Positions 47,229 to 57,318 of a DNA stretch of 64,000 bases are shown piece after piece. The first letter of the stretch is position 1. Each line of letters opens with the position of its first letter. The notes under the pieces are model-generated. The model was given only the letters and a program-made list of their open reading frames with translations. It was not told where the DNA came from and searched no databases. Where the stretch lies: the IMG/VR virus record IMGVR_UViG_2561511197_000003, positions 2,976 through 66,975 of that record. The stretch is one strand, 5' to 3'. The translations under genes and the position numbers were made by a program. This DNA comes from a virus (lineage: Duplodnaviria > Caudoviricetes).

Positions 47229-48794
47229 TTAAAAAATGGAAGTGTCCAGAAACGGCATGGCCGCTTCGGCGGACGCCTCTTTTTTGCCAGCCGCCTGAAT
47301 CTGCTGCTGGCGCATGAACGTGAAGTTGTTTTTGCGGTCAATCGCCCCCATCGGCACAAACAGCGTGGCGCTCATGCTGGCCGGGTCATAGACGCCCGCG
47401 CCCCCTTTGGTGACCGAATCGAACATGCCCGTGGCATCGCCGTTGCCGAACAGGCCCATGCTGAGCCGGTTGGGATCGTAGAGCCCAGCTTTTTCAGCCT
47501 CGCGGACGTTGTTGAATTTGACCACGACGCGGGCAAACCCACGCACGCCTTTGGGGTTGAGCCCAGCGGTGCCCACGTCGCGCGGATCGTAATACAGACG
47601 AGGGTCAACGCCTACCACGTCGAAATGCCGGTCTTTCAAATCGAACGTGGCCACCCCGTTGGCATCGGTGAAGGCATCCTTGATGCTCCCTTTCGAATAC
47701 ACGCCGTTTTTGCCTTTCGACAGACCCAGCTGCGAGGCAATGAACTGCTCGCCTTCGCCAAACAGGCCCGTAGCGTGCAACCCACGCATCCCACCGATGT
47801 CCAGGCCCGAGTGGGGCAGCTTCTTTTTGGGGTCGTCGGTGGCCAGCTTGATGACCTGTTGCGGGCGACTGAGCATCCCGTAGTCGAAGCCCATACCAGC
47901 GGTACCATTCTGCTCCCCTTTTTCCTTGGCGATTTTGAGGTCGAGCAACTGCCCCTGTTTGCGACGCAGCGCCGAAGCCTCTCCCGCCTGCTGCACCGAC
48001 AGGTTAAACCGGCTCTTTTCCAGCGCCAGCCGCTGCTGATCGTTCTGGAACTCGACTTTCTTGGTAATCGGGTCGGTTTTGTAATAGGTCGGCACCCCGA
48101 CGTGCTGGCGTAGGTATTTGTCGATGCCCATGTCGGCCCCGTAGCTGTTGACCAGGTGCGCCTGCTTGTCGGCCTCGGAAACCGGGGTTTGCTCCCACGG
48201 CATTTTACCGGGGGCATACTGGTTGCGCAGTTCCTTAAGATCATCTTCGGGCTTATACGACCCGCGCATGGCGAATGTCTCCGCCCGCCCGGCCAGAAAA
48301 TCAGCGAGTGCCGCCTCGCCGGTGCGGTAGTTGGTCGGCGAATCGCCGTAGCCAACCAACACCTCGCCTTTAGCCAGCGCCGCTTTGGCCCTTTCGACTT
48401 CTTCAAGGTGCTTTTTGGCCTGCAAATAGAACGGCTGCTGCTCCAGCTCCGCTTTTTTCTGGGCTAACAGGCCCGGCTCAGCAGCCAGCATCCGGGCCGC
48501 TGAGCCATTATAGACCGTGGCCAGCCGCTCAAAAAAGGGCTTGGTGACGGTCTCTCGGACGTACTGGTGCAGCTTTGTTTTGTCGGCCCCCACGAACGGC
48601 AGGGCGTTGAGGTACTGTAGCGCCTGTTCGGACTGGGCACCGGCCAGCGCTTCCTGCTGCTGTTCCTGCTGAGCCTGCTGGGTAATGTAAGCCGACAGTT
48701 GTAGCCCTTCCTGACGAGCAGCGGACCGGCCAGCGATATTGTCATACGGGGTAGCCAGCGCGGCGATCAGGCCCGCTCCTCCAGTTGGTGTCAT
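47229..48794 (-). CDS. Putative internal virion (cargo) protein
   Basis: 521 aa, Q/A-rich helical, between the cargo gene and the giant gene. Confidence 0.6.
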   Translation of the reverse strand: MTPTGGAGLIAALATPYDNIAGRSAARQEGLQLSAYITQQAQQEQQQEALAGAQSEQALQYLNALPFVGADKTKLHQYVRETVTKPFFERLATVYNGSAARMLAAEPGLLAQKKAELEQQPFYLQAKKHLEEVERAKAALAKGEVLVGYGDSPTNYRTGEAALADFLAGRAETFAMRGSYKPEDDLKELRNQYAPGKMPWEQTPVSEADKQAHLVNSYGADMGIDKYLRQHVGVPTYYKTDPITKKVEFQNDQQRLALEKSRFNLSVQQAGEASALRRKQGQLLDLKIAKEKGEQNGTAGMGFDYGMLSRPQQVIKLATDDPKKKLPHSGLDIGGMRGLHATGLFGEGEQFIASQLGLSKGKNGVYSKGSIKDAFTDANGVATFDLKDRHFDVVGVDPRLYYDPRDVGTAGLNPKGVRGFARVVVKFNNVREAEKAGLYDPNRLSMGLFGNGDATGMFDSVTKGGAGVYDPASMSATLFVPMGAIDRKNNFTFMRQQQIQAAGKKEASAEAAMPFLDTSIF

Positions 48795-48835
48795 ACGATT
48801 TTAGTGCAAAATAGTACAATTATACTTTTTTGTGA

Positions 48836-51800
48836 CTACGAAACAGCCGTGCCGGAGGTCAGTAGCCCCGCGCGCTTGCGGTAATAATCCCGCATAGCAG
48901 CCATTGAATCTGCTGCCTGTTGTTGCTGGGTTAGCTGGTTCTGGGCGATCTGGTCATAGAGGGGCTGGTTCTGGGCCAGCACGCTCCGGTTCTCGGCATT
49001 CTGCAACGTGCGGGCGATGAGCTGCTGGCCTGCCGCCTGCTCGGCGATGCCGTCAGGCTGCTGGTTAGCTTCCATCGCTGCCGTTTGGGCGGCTACACTG
49101 CCAAAGCGGCTAAAATTCTGCGCCCGGCGGGCTGCATCCAGGCCCAACAGGTTCTGGGTCGCGTTGTTACGCTGCGCCCCCAGATTAGCCAGCCCCGCCA
49201 GTACCGTACCCGACGAGGCACCCCCACCCACGGCATTGGTCAGCGTCGTGACGCCCTGTCGATAATTGCTGGCCAGGGCGTTGTTGGCCACCGACCGTTC
49301 TGTTGGCGTCAGGCCTTGGTCTTTTTGAGCGGTAACTTCCTCCGTGTAGGTTTTCCAGGCGGAGTCACCCGAGGGTTTTTCTATGGGCCTGGTCGCCAGC
49401 AGTATGCCCGCACCTAGCCGACCGACATCTTTCAACGTATTGACCAAACCGGCTGAATTCGAGGCGGCTGTCGTGGAAGCAGCGTCCCCTGTGGCCGCCG
49501 CCGGAGGCGCGGTTGCGGCCGCTTGAACCGCAGGTGCAGGCATCGTCGTAGGCTTGCCCCCACCGATGGGCCCGAGCAGACTAGCCTGCGGCCGGGGTTT
49601 GGGGGCGTACTTATCCTCGATCGATTTCCACAGCTGCGCGCCAAACTCGCCGATAGCCCCACCAACGGCGGGAGTGGTTGCCGCCGGTTTAGTTACGGGC
49701 GGGGCAGCCGGAGCCGTCGATCGGGCCGCAGGACGACCGGTGCCGCTGCCACCGCGTGGCCCGGCGGTATTACTGCCCGCCGACGATGTGGGAGCGGACA
49801 GTAACGGGGGCCGCGTGGCCGCAGCGGGAGCCGTGACGGGCGTGAGTGTTTTGGGGTCGGTCGGCGTGACGGTCTGCGGCCCCCAGCTACGCAGGGAAAC
49901 GACCTTACCGTAGTCGGGATGGTCTTTTTTGCGGCCATACTGGTCCATACCCAACGCAATCGCGTTCTGACGGGCTTTGTTGGAACCCGGACTGGTCGCG
50001 TACTGCGCATCACCCACAAAACTGTTAACGGCCTTTTCGGCGTCGAGCAGGGCGTTACTGTTGGCGGCGGCAGGCGTCGAGTAGAATGTAGTATACCCTT
50101 CGTTCAACTGGTTGCGCAGGCCATTGATTTTAGCCAACGTCGCTTTCTGGTCGAAATCGAGGGGTGCCTTTTCGCCTGGCTTTGCCAGACGAATATCGGC
50201 CTCATATCGGTCCAGTTTAGCAAGGGCAGCCGCTTTGCGCTTGGCCAATTCACTGTTGACCGGATCGGGCCCGGCGAAACCACCCGTAGCGAAGTAACGC
50301 GGAATGGTTTTTTTACGGGGCTCGTCGGCAACGGTATAGTTAGTAGCCGCTTCGGCAGGAATGGTCAACGCGGGCCGGTTTGCCGGGGGCGTAATGGTCC
50401 GAATCGGCTCGACCGTTTCCAGCGTTGGCGTGTAGGCCAGCGGCGTCGATGCAGGCAAAGTAGCCGCGCGCGCCTGCGCGGTTTGAGCGTACTCGGTATT
50501 GACCCCGCGAATACCGTCAACCGCCAGTGGTTTGCCGTTGGCGCCAACGTACCCGGCGGCGTTGAGGCGGCGTTGCAGATCGGCCACAGCCGGATCGAAC
50601 CGGGGCGCTGGCTTCTGGCTTGACGCGGGCCGGGCGGGCGTCGGTATGGCGCCCCCCGTGAGCGGCTTGCCAATCGTTTCGGCGGGCTGGGGTACGTCCA
50701 GCAACCGGGCCCGGCGCTCGGCCCGGCGCTGCGCGGTTTGATCGGCCGCGATATTGCCACCAGGCCCAACCGATCCGGCAACATCGCGCGCTTCGCGGGC
50801 ATCACGAAGCGCTGCGTTGCGGTCATCCCAGCGGGCATACATCGCACTCAGGTTGAGGCGATCGTTGCGCTCGGCCCGGCGCTGGCTCACCAATGGGGGC
50901 AGCTCAGAGTGGCGCGTAACCGTATTGACGCCTTCCCGATCGTCGGGCGTAAAGGTGTAGACGCCATCAGTGCCTTTCGTTGCGGTCATCACCGACGGGG
51001 TGAGCAGCCCGCTGCGCTTTTTAAAATACTCTGACGCCCGGTACCGGCGCAGTTGATCGGTCACGCTGGCCGCCCCACCGTTTTTGAACGCGACCGTATC
51101 GGCTGCCGCCTCGGCTGGAATGGGTTGGGCACTCAGTTGCTCGTGGAGCAGGTGACCCAGCGCGTTTACTTTGCTCGTTGTGGGAATGTCTTTCTGCATA
51201 ATGTCGCCTGCAATCAGGCTGCGTTTTTGATTGAGCACGTACTCACCAACGCGCATGTGGCCGTATACCCGCTTGCCGTCGGGCGTCAGAATGGGCAGAT
51301 CTTCCGAATGATCGTTATCGGCGTAAAGCGTGTAGCTGGTGGGTTTGGGGGCTACCCCCGCTACACGGCCGTATCGATATGGCAGCACAGGCCCACCCTC
51401 TTTGAAGGTGTTATTGAGCGAATCGAAGACATTTTGTTTGGTAGTCACCCGCTTTAGGTCCTGAAAGGCTTCGTGCGCGCGGCGGTTGGTGGCCCCAATG
51501 CCCAGGCCACCCAACAGATTGGCACCCATCCAGGCCAACCGCTTGAATGGTTTGTCTGGGGTCTGCCCCACGGCCTGCCGCATCTGCATCAGCCGCGCGT
51601 GCTGTTCGGTGGGCGAGGACAGGTAGGACAATGTATCGTAGGGTCGGCCCTGAACGCGCAACTCGGGATTGGTGCGTTCGTTGAGCAGCTTCATGGTCTG
51701 CTGCATGGCTGGGTTCGCGTCGAGCACCCCCTGTAACTGGTGGGTTGACTCATGAGTCGCCAGTGACGGCATGTTGCGGGCGGAGCCTGCCCCGGTCGAC

Positions 51801-52756
51801 ACGTACGCCTGCCCAACGCCACCCATACCGACGTAGATGCCCAGGGCATTGGCTCCGCCCATGACCGATTTCATACCCTCGGGGGTTTCGATCGACACCG
51901 GGTTGAGCAGCTTGGCCGCTTCTGGATACCCCTTTGCCGTCGCCCAATTTCGGACAAACTGCGTTCCTTTTTCCGCTTGCCGCACGTACGGCACATTGGC
52001 GCCTGGTGCCCGATCAGGATGCGCCCGATTGAACGCGATTTCCTGATCGGCCAGCCGATCGGCTACGTCCCAGTCGACGCGATCCGTAGCCGCCGCTGGA
52101 GCCCGTTCGGCCAACCTTTTGGCTCGATCGTTAAGGCGCTGCAGCCCAACGACCGAGTGCGCCAGCGGCGCTAGTACCGGCCCGCCCTCTTTGAAGGTGA
52201 ACAACTGGGTGTTTTTGGGCCGCTTGGTCCCAAACAGACGCTCCTCCTGCTGCCAGATGGGTACGTTCGGATTGGGCAACGACTGACTTGGCTCGCCCGG
52301 TGGAGGCGGCAAAATAGACGGTGCCAGCGCCGCCTTGTTGACCGTCGGCGTAAAGCCGGGGGTTGGCGCTACGGCGGGTGTTGAACTGGGTGATTTAAGG
52401 CTACCCGCCAGGTTGCTGGCCAGCCCACCAACCATGCTGCCGATCTGCGTCAGTCCCATCTGCTTGCCCGCGGTTAGCTCGGCCTGATCGGCGCTGTCAG
52501 TACCGCGCATGCCATCGGTCGCCAGCGCAGTCAACCCCTGGGCTCCAAGTTTGCCCACTTCCTTACCGATGGCCGCGCCAGTGGGGCCACCCAGCAACGC
52601 GCCGCCCACGGCTCCCACGATGGGCAGCCCCGTGGCCACTACGTCACCCATCAGTGTGGATTTGCCAAACCGGTTCACCAGCAGATTACCCCGCGTCGCA
52701 AAGCTCGGTGGTCGAAAGTAGGCGGACGGTGGCACTTGATTGTCGAATAAAGCCAT
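48836..52756 (-). CDS. Multi-domain cargo protein with HExxH module, peptidoglycan-binding module and FxxGG repeats
   Basis: Likely ATG at 52756. HESTH...PTEQHARL; VADLQRRLNAAGY...VDGIRGVNT; FKEGG x2, FKNGG, FATGG. Confidence 0.7.
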   Translation of the reverse strand: MALFDNQVPPSAYFRPPSFATRGNLLVNRFGKSTLMGDVVATGLPIVGAVGGALLGGPTGAAIGKEVGKLGAQGLTALATDGMRGTDSADQAELTAGKQMGLTQIGSMVGGLASNLAGSLKSPSSTPAVAPTPGFTPTVNKAALAPSILPPPPGEPSQSLPNPNVPIWQQEERLFGTKRPKNTQLFTFKEGGPVLAPLAHSVVGLQRLNDRAKRLAERAPAAATDRVDWDVADRLADQEIAFNRAHPDRAPGANVPYVRQAEKGTQFVRNWATAKGYPEAAKLLNPVSIETPEGMKSVMGGANALGIYVGMGGVGQAYVSTGAGSARNMPSLATHESTHQLQGVLDANPAMQQTMKLLNERTNPELRVQGRPYDTLSYLSSPTEQHARLMQMRQAVGQTPDKPFKRLAWMGANLLGGLGIGATNRRAHEAFQDLKRVTTKQNVFDSLNNTFKEGGPVLPYRYGRVAGVAPKPTSYTLYADNDHSEDLPILTPDGKRVYGHMRVGEYVLNQKRSLIAGDIMQKDIPTTSKVNALGHLLHEQLSAQPIPAEAAADTVAFKNGGAASVTDQLRRYRASEYFKKRSGLLTPSVMTATKGTDGVYTFTPDDREGVNTVTRHSELPPLVSQRRAERNDRLNLSAMYARWDDRNAALRDAREARDVAGSVGPGGNIAADQTAQRRAERRARLLDVPQPAETIGKPLTGGAIPTPARPASSQKPAPRFDPAVADLQRRLNAAGYVGANGKPLAVDGIRGVNTEYAQTAQARAATLPASTPLAYTPTLETVEPIRTITPPANRPALTIPAEAATNYTVADEPRKKTIPRYFATGGFAGPDPVNSELAKRKAAALAKLDRYEADIRLAKPGEKAPLDFDQKATLAKINGLRNQLNEGYTTFYSTPAAANSNALLDAEKAVNSFVGDAQYATSPGSNKARQNAIALGMDQYGRKKDHPDYGKVVSLRSWGPQTVTPTDPKTLTPVTAPAAATRPPLLSAPTSSAGSNTAGPRGGSGTGRPAARSTAPAAPPVTKPAATTPAVGGAIGEFGAQLWKSIEDKYAPKPRPQASLLGPIGGGKPTTMPAPAVQAAATAPPAAATGDAASTTAASNSAGLVNTLKDVGRLGAGILLATRPIEKPSGDSAWKTYTEEVTAQKDQGLTPTERSVANNALASNYRQGVTTLTNAVGGGASSGTVLAGLANLGAQRNNATQNLLGLDAARRAQNFSRFGSVAAQTAAMEANQQPDGIAEQAAGQQLIARTLQNAENRSVLAQNQPLYDQIAQNQLTQQQQAADSMAAMRDYYRKRAGLLTSGTAVS

Positions 52757-52760
52757 GGTA

Positions 52761-55700
52761 TTAGTCGAAGTAGGTGGTGATCGACAGCAGATCCAGACTG
52801 ACAGGATCGGCGTCATTGGAAAACGTCAGGGTTACCAGCAGGTAGCCATCGCGCAGGGGTTGTTTGAGGCCGTTCCAGTCCCATTCGTGGAGCGGCACCA
52901 TCAGCCCGCCATCTTCGTAAAAGCAGCGCTCGTCGATCGGCGGGGTCAGCTCGTGTTGAAAAGCCGCCTCGGGCCGTGACGTCCGAAGCGAAACGTGCAC
53001 CAGCTGGCGGGCAGCCGCCTGCGGCATATTCAGCTTCAGGGTGTTGAAGGTCATCATGCGGCCTGGTGCGACCACGGCCGTCAGCACCGTGGGCTGCGGT
53101 TGGCCGTACCAGGTGCCGGGGCTACCCTGATTGTGCACCCAGAGCGTTGCCGACTCCTCTTGCACCGACAGCAGCGCGCCGCCCCGGTTCAAATACCGCC
53201 GGGGTGCAATCGGGTACTGGCCCATAATCGCCCCCAGCCGGGTTTGGTACACCCACGTCTGGGGCTGACCACCCGGCCGGTTAAACGTCAACAGCACTTC
53301 GCCAGTGCTGGCATCAGCCCCAGCGCGGCAGTCGTAGCCCGGCTGGCCAAAGGGGGCCGTCAGCAGGGGCGCCGAAATCGCTTTGATGCTGTCGTCGATG
53401 TTTTCCCGGATCGACAGCGGATCGATGCCACCCGCCAGCCGGTGCAACACCCCGCGCCGGGCATCCCAGGCCCCCACCTGACCGCCCACCTTCCACACCG
53501 ACAACGGGTGCTGGGTGCCAAACTCACGGCTCAGGGGAATCTCTTTGCGGAACACCGCGCCGCTGTCGGTCTGCACGGTGCCATCGGCACCCGACTGAAA
53601 CTGCGCGACCTCCAGGGGAATAAGGCACGTACCCGCCTGCTGGTAGCAGATCAGGCCCGAGCCCTCCGCCCGGATCAGCTCGACGATGCCACCTAGCCTG
53701 CCGTCGACGCGGCCCATGTCGCCCACCAGATGCTGCCGCCAGGCATCCCAGCGCGAAGAATCCGACCGTTTTGGGGTCCACACAAAGCCCGCCGGATCGT
53801 CGGTGATCTCGATCAGATCACTCGGTCTGGGCGCGTAGGGCACCAGCCCCGTGGTCACCAGCAGCGTACGGTTGTAGTTGGGATCGTCGGGCTGGTAGGG
53901 CCGCAGACCGTTGGCGGTCTGCGGCTTGATGTTGTCGCAGTCGGCGATTTCGGGCCGCACGGCGTTGCGGGCGAACGAGCGGCCAGGCATCAACATAAGG
54001 TTGTACTTGGTTTCAATGGGCACGATGTGTCCCACCGAATAGTCGTTCTTCGAGCAATCGCCGGAGGCAAAGGGGAAAATGCGCAGAAAATCCCACAGCT
54101 GTACGTGCCCGTCCCCACCCCACAATTCGACGTCGTTGTAGACGTAATGCGTCACCCGGCCCAACGTACCCCGCCGCTTTTCGGCCTGTTCCAGCCAGGT
54201 AGGCGTCAGCGGCTGAAAATGCCCGATGCTTTCGTAGGGTAGGCCGGGTACGTCGTTTTCGCCCGTAGCCGTGGGCAGGCTAGCCACCTGCTCGTAGTTC
54301 GCTAGCCGGAAGCTGAACGGCTTATCGGAATTGCCTTGCTCATCGACAACGGGGCAGGCATCGACGGCTTTCCAATCCAGCGCGCGCAAAAGTAGCGAAC
54401 CCCGACGGATCAGGCCGTGCACGATCACCGGCGCGAAGATATTGGGGCTCAGCTGCGGATGCACCGCCGTCTCAAACATCAGGTTCTGATCCGTCTTATC
54501 CCACTCTTTGTAGGTATCGACGAATTGGCGGTCGAGTAGCAGCCCACCCGACAACCGGGTGGTGTCGCCCAGCCGCGGGCGTCCGTTTTTAGCCAGCACC
54601 TCCAGGCGGGCGTAGCGCCGGGTCTCGTAGCTTTTGGCGTACCCATGCGTAGTCACCCCGTTGATTGCCGGTGCCAGGCCAACATAGATAGCGCCGGTCG
54701 GCTGGCTGACGATGCCCACGTGCCGCAGCACATCGCCCGATGTAATTCCCCGGAACGTACCCTCGATGAGCAGATCGGGGGAGTGGTAGGTGAAAATATT
54801 GGGTTGGGAAAAGGTTCTATTGTACGCGCCCCGATCGCCCTCGCAGGGCGTATCGATTGGGTACTTAAACCGGTCCGGCAGCTCACTTTGCGTTTTAAAG
54901 TTGTTGCCTCGGGGCAGCGGAAACGTCAGAAAATCGGTCCGGTTGTCGTTGCGCTTGTTGCCGGTTTCGCAATAGTCCGTGCGACAGACGGGCACCACGA
55001 TCCCCTGATGCAGCAGCCGGGGTTGGCGCGGCCGACGCACGAGCATGAAGCCAGACACGCGCAGGTTACCCGCAGCGTCGTAGAGCTGATCCGTGGGCAG
55101 CGCCAGGCCTGACACGTTGAGGCCCATAATGCGGGGCTGCGGGAAGGGGTAAACCGACAGCTCACCCGTCAGCCGGTAGTAATCCTCCTCACCATTGGGC
55201 CCGGCATCCGCCTGATTGGGAAATGTATAGGCTGGGATCGGCTGCACGTACATGGGTTGCCCCTGCCGGTCCAGCAGCAGAACGCCAAACTCGTAGGTTT
55301 CTCCCCGGAAATACGACCCGTGCAGGTATTCCCAGACCTGCCCTTTGTCGTTGGCGTAATCGTCGGTGATGGTATAGGTTTCGGCCACCGAGCCAAATAG
55401 GCGGCGCGTAATGCCCATCGTGCTGACGGGCGTCGAGGTGAGCGGGTTGCCATCATCGCGCCCCGAAATAAGGTTGGTCAGCGCGTCAAAGGTGCTGTTG
55501 CCCTGGATGTCGGCCCCCACCGTTTTCAACTCGGGCGTCAGGCTGACCGTCGACACATCCATCTGCAGGGTCGGGGCCAGCCGCAGCCCCCCCTCCACGA
55601 GCCGGTCGGCTTCAGTACTTAACGTACCCACGCGCTCGAGGACCAGGTTGCGGGCCAGTAGATCGCTAACCGTCAGCTCCTCGCCTTCCAACTGGGTGAT

Positions 55701-56717
55701 GTTCACCCGCAGGCGATTGCCAAAGGCGTCACCCGTGGCCTGTACCTGCTGGGCGATATCGATGGCAGGCAGCGCGATGATCTTACTGGGTTTGCCCAGG
55801 GTGTCGTAGTAGAGCGCCACCACGCGCACCTTCGCCCAGCGCGTATCGACGCCCCGCAGTTCCAGGGCAAGGCCTTCTCGGGTGAGCACGCCCGAGGCGC
55901 CCATCGTGCGGTTGTGAAAATTACTACGCAGACTGATTTGCCGGACCGGGTCGGCATCGTCAAGCGGGAACTCGGTCACAAACAGCCGCTGCGTAATGTA
56001 GGGGATAGCCGAGCGAACGCCTTCAGGGTGTTCGTAATACACCCCAAACTGATAACACCCCGACAGTAGCCGACCACTGATGCGGCCTAGCGGCTTGATC
56101 AGCGGCGGCACCATGTCGGGCCGATCACAAAAGCCATGCACGGAAAAATAAGCCGGGTAATACCCGTCGGGCTGCAGCGTGGGTACGTTGCGGATGTTCA
56201 GCACAGACTTAATACCCCGGCGCGTGGTCCAGTACACCCGCTCGACCAGCTCGTTGGCGTACACGGTTTCCAGCCGGGGCGTGTCGTCGAGGGCAAAACC
56301 CAGTCGCATATGGGTCGCATCGGCGGGCGTGCGGCGGCGGTAGGCCTCACCCGGCACGTGCGGATCAAAGGCGTCGTCGTAGAGCACCGTATAGGCACCT
56401 GCCGCGACGCTATCGCCCTGCGGCTCGTCGAAGGCCCACAGCCCGATCTGCGAGCGGCTACCCGTCGTGGTTAGCAGCACCGTACCCAGCCGGGTATCGA
56501 TATGGGCCAGGTAACGCTGACCACCCGACAGTTGCAGCACGGCTCTCGTGCCGGGCAGGTTGACGATGGTACCGCCTTTGCCCAGCGTGGGGTCATCCAC
56601 GTCGGGGTTCACCACGATACGGCCATTCGACAGCGTACGGTAGGTGCCTGTCGGCTGGCGGTGGGCATCGACGTCCTGATGCAGCCCCCGCTCGAAGGTT
56701 TGCGTGAGTTGTGGCAT
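52761..56717 (-). CDS. Tail muzzle / stabilization protein (crAss-like, P22 gp10-like)
   Basis: Likely ATG at 56717: QTFERGLHQD...TYRTLSNGRI; SYFRGETYEFGVLL; FGTQHPLSV. About 1320 aa. Confidence 0.8.
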   Translation of the reverse strand: MPQLTQTFERGLHQDVDAHRQPTGTYRTLSNGRIVVNPDVDDPTLGKGGTIVNLPGTRAVLQLSGGQRYLAHIDTRLGTVLLTTTGSRSQIGLWAFDEPQGDSVAAGAYTVLYDDAFDPHVPGEAYRRRTPADATHMRLGFALDDTPRLETVYANELVERVYWTTRRGIKSVLNIRNVPTLQPDGYYPAYFSVHGFCDRPDMVPPLIKPLGRISGRLLSGCYQFGVYYEHPEGVRSAIPYITQRLFVTEFPLDDADPVRQISLRSNFHNRTMGASGVLTREGLALELRGVDTRWAKVRVVALYYDTLGKPSKIIALPAIDIAQQVQATGDAFGNRLRVNITQLEGEELTVSDLLARNLVLERVGTLSTEADRLVEGGLRLAPTLQMDVSTVSLTPELKTVGADIQGNSTFDALTNLISGRDDGNPLTSTPVSTMGITRRLFGSVAETYTITDDYANDKGQVWEYLHGSYFRGETYEFGVLLLDRQGQPMYVQPIPAYTFPNQADAGPNGEEDYYRLTGELSVYPFPQPRIMGLNVSGLALPTDQLYDAAGNLRVSGFMLVRRPRQPRLLHQGIVVPVCRTDYCETGNKRNDNRTDFLTFPLPRGNNFKTQSELPDRFKYPIDTPCEGDRGAYNRTFSQPNIFTYHSPDLLIEGTFRGITSGDVLRHVGIVSQPTGAIYVGLAPAINGVTTHGYAKSYETRRYARLEVLAKNGRPRLGDTTRLSGGLLLDRQFVDTYKEWDKTDQNLMFETAVHPQLSPNIFAPVIVHGLIRRGSLLLRALDWKAVDACPVVDEQGNSDKPFSFRLANYEQVASLPTATGENDVPGLPYESIGHFQPLTPTWLEQAEKRRGTLGRVTHYVYNDVELWGGDGHVQLWDFLRIFPFASGDCSKNDYSVGHIVPIETKYNLMLMPGRSFARNAVRPEIADCDNIKPQTANGLRPYQPDDPNYNRTLLVTTGLVPYAPRPSDLIEITDDPAGFVWTPKRSDSSRWDAWRQHLVGDMGRVDGRLGGIVELIRAEGSGLICYQQAGTCLIPLEVAQFQSGADGTVQTDSGAVFRKEIPLSREFGTQHPLSVWKVGGQVGAWDARRGVLHRLAGGIDPLSIRENIDDSIKAISAPLLTAPFGQPGYDCRAGADASTGEVLLTFNRPGGQPQTWVYQTRLGAIMGQYPIAPRRYLNRGGALLSVQEESATLWVHNQGSPGTWYGQPQPTVLTAVVAPGRMMTFNTLKLNMPQAAARQLVHVSLRTSRPEAAFQHELTPPIDERCFYEDGGLMVPLHEWDWNGLKQPLRDGYLLVTLTFSNDADPVSLDLLSITTYFD

Positions 56718-56719
56718 GG

Positions 56720-57316
56720 TTATTCGTGATAGCCGATGTAGCGGCGGATGGTCCGGTCGGCGGCTTCGCCTCTGGGCGTCAGGGCGGCGCGCGCGCGACC
56801 GATCCAAGTGTCGGCGCTGCGTTGCAGGCTGCTGCGTTCACCGAAGCGGGGGTGTTGCGGCTGGGTGCCCAGCACTTCGGCCAGACACAGGTCGTAGGCC
56901 GCTGGAAAGCAGGCCTCGGGTATCAGCGCCTGCTCGTCGGCATCGGTCTGGAGCCGGTAGCCGCGCACGTAGAGGGCCGCGCCAGTGAAATACGGGAAGG
57001 TAACGCCGTAGGGATCACGCTGCATCGTCAGCACGTGCAGGGGCCCCAGCTGATCGGTCGGCCCCTCGACCGCCGTCCAGTCGGCGCCGTTAAGCGACGC
57101 GTCGGTAATGGTCAGAATTGAATCGGCCAGTTCAATACGCCGGTTGGTGGGCAGGTTGACGGGCTCCACGAAGCGCACGCCCACCCGCTCGTAACCGATC
57201 CGGCGCCACAGGCGGGTACGTAACGTGTTGATCACCCGCACGCGGAAGGCCTGCACGTCGCCGACCGACACGTCCTGTTGCAGCTGATCGAGTAAATCGT
57301 CGATCGTATAAGTCAT
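56720..57316 (-). CDS. Putative tail ring protein
   Basis: 198 aa immediately upstream of the muzzle; LYVRGY...D...ALIPE pattern. Confidence 0.55.
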   Translation of the reverse strand: MTYTIDDLLDQLQQDVSVGDVQAFRVRVINTLRTRLWRRIGYERVGVRFVEPVNLPTNRRIELADSILTITDASLNGADWTAVEGPTDQLGPLHVLTMQRDPYGVTFPYFTGAALYVRGYRLQTDADEQALIPEACFPAAYDLCLAEVLGTQPQHPRFGERSSLQRSADTWIGRARAALTPRGEAADRTIRRYIGYHE

Positions 57317-57318
57317 GG

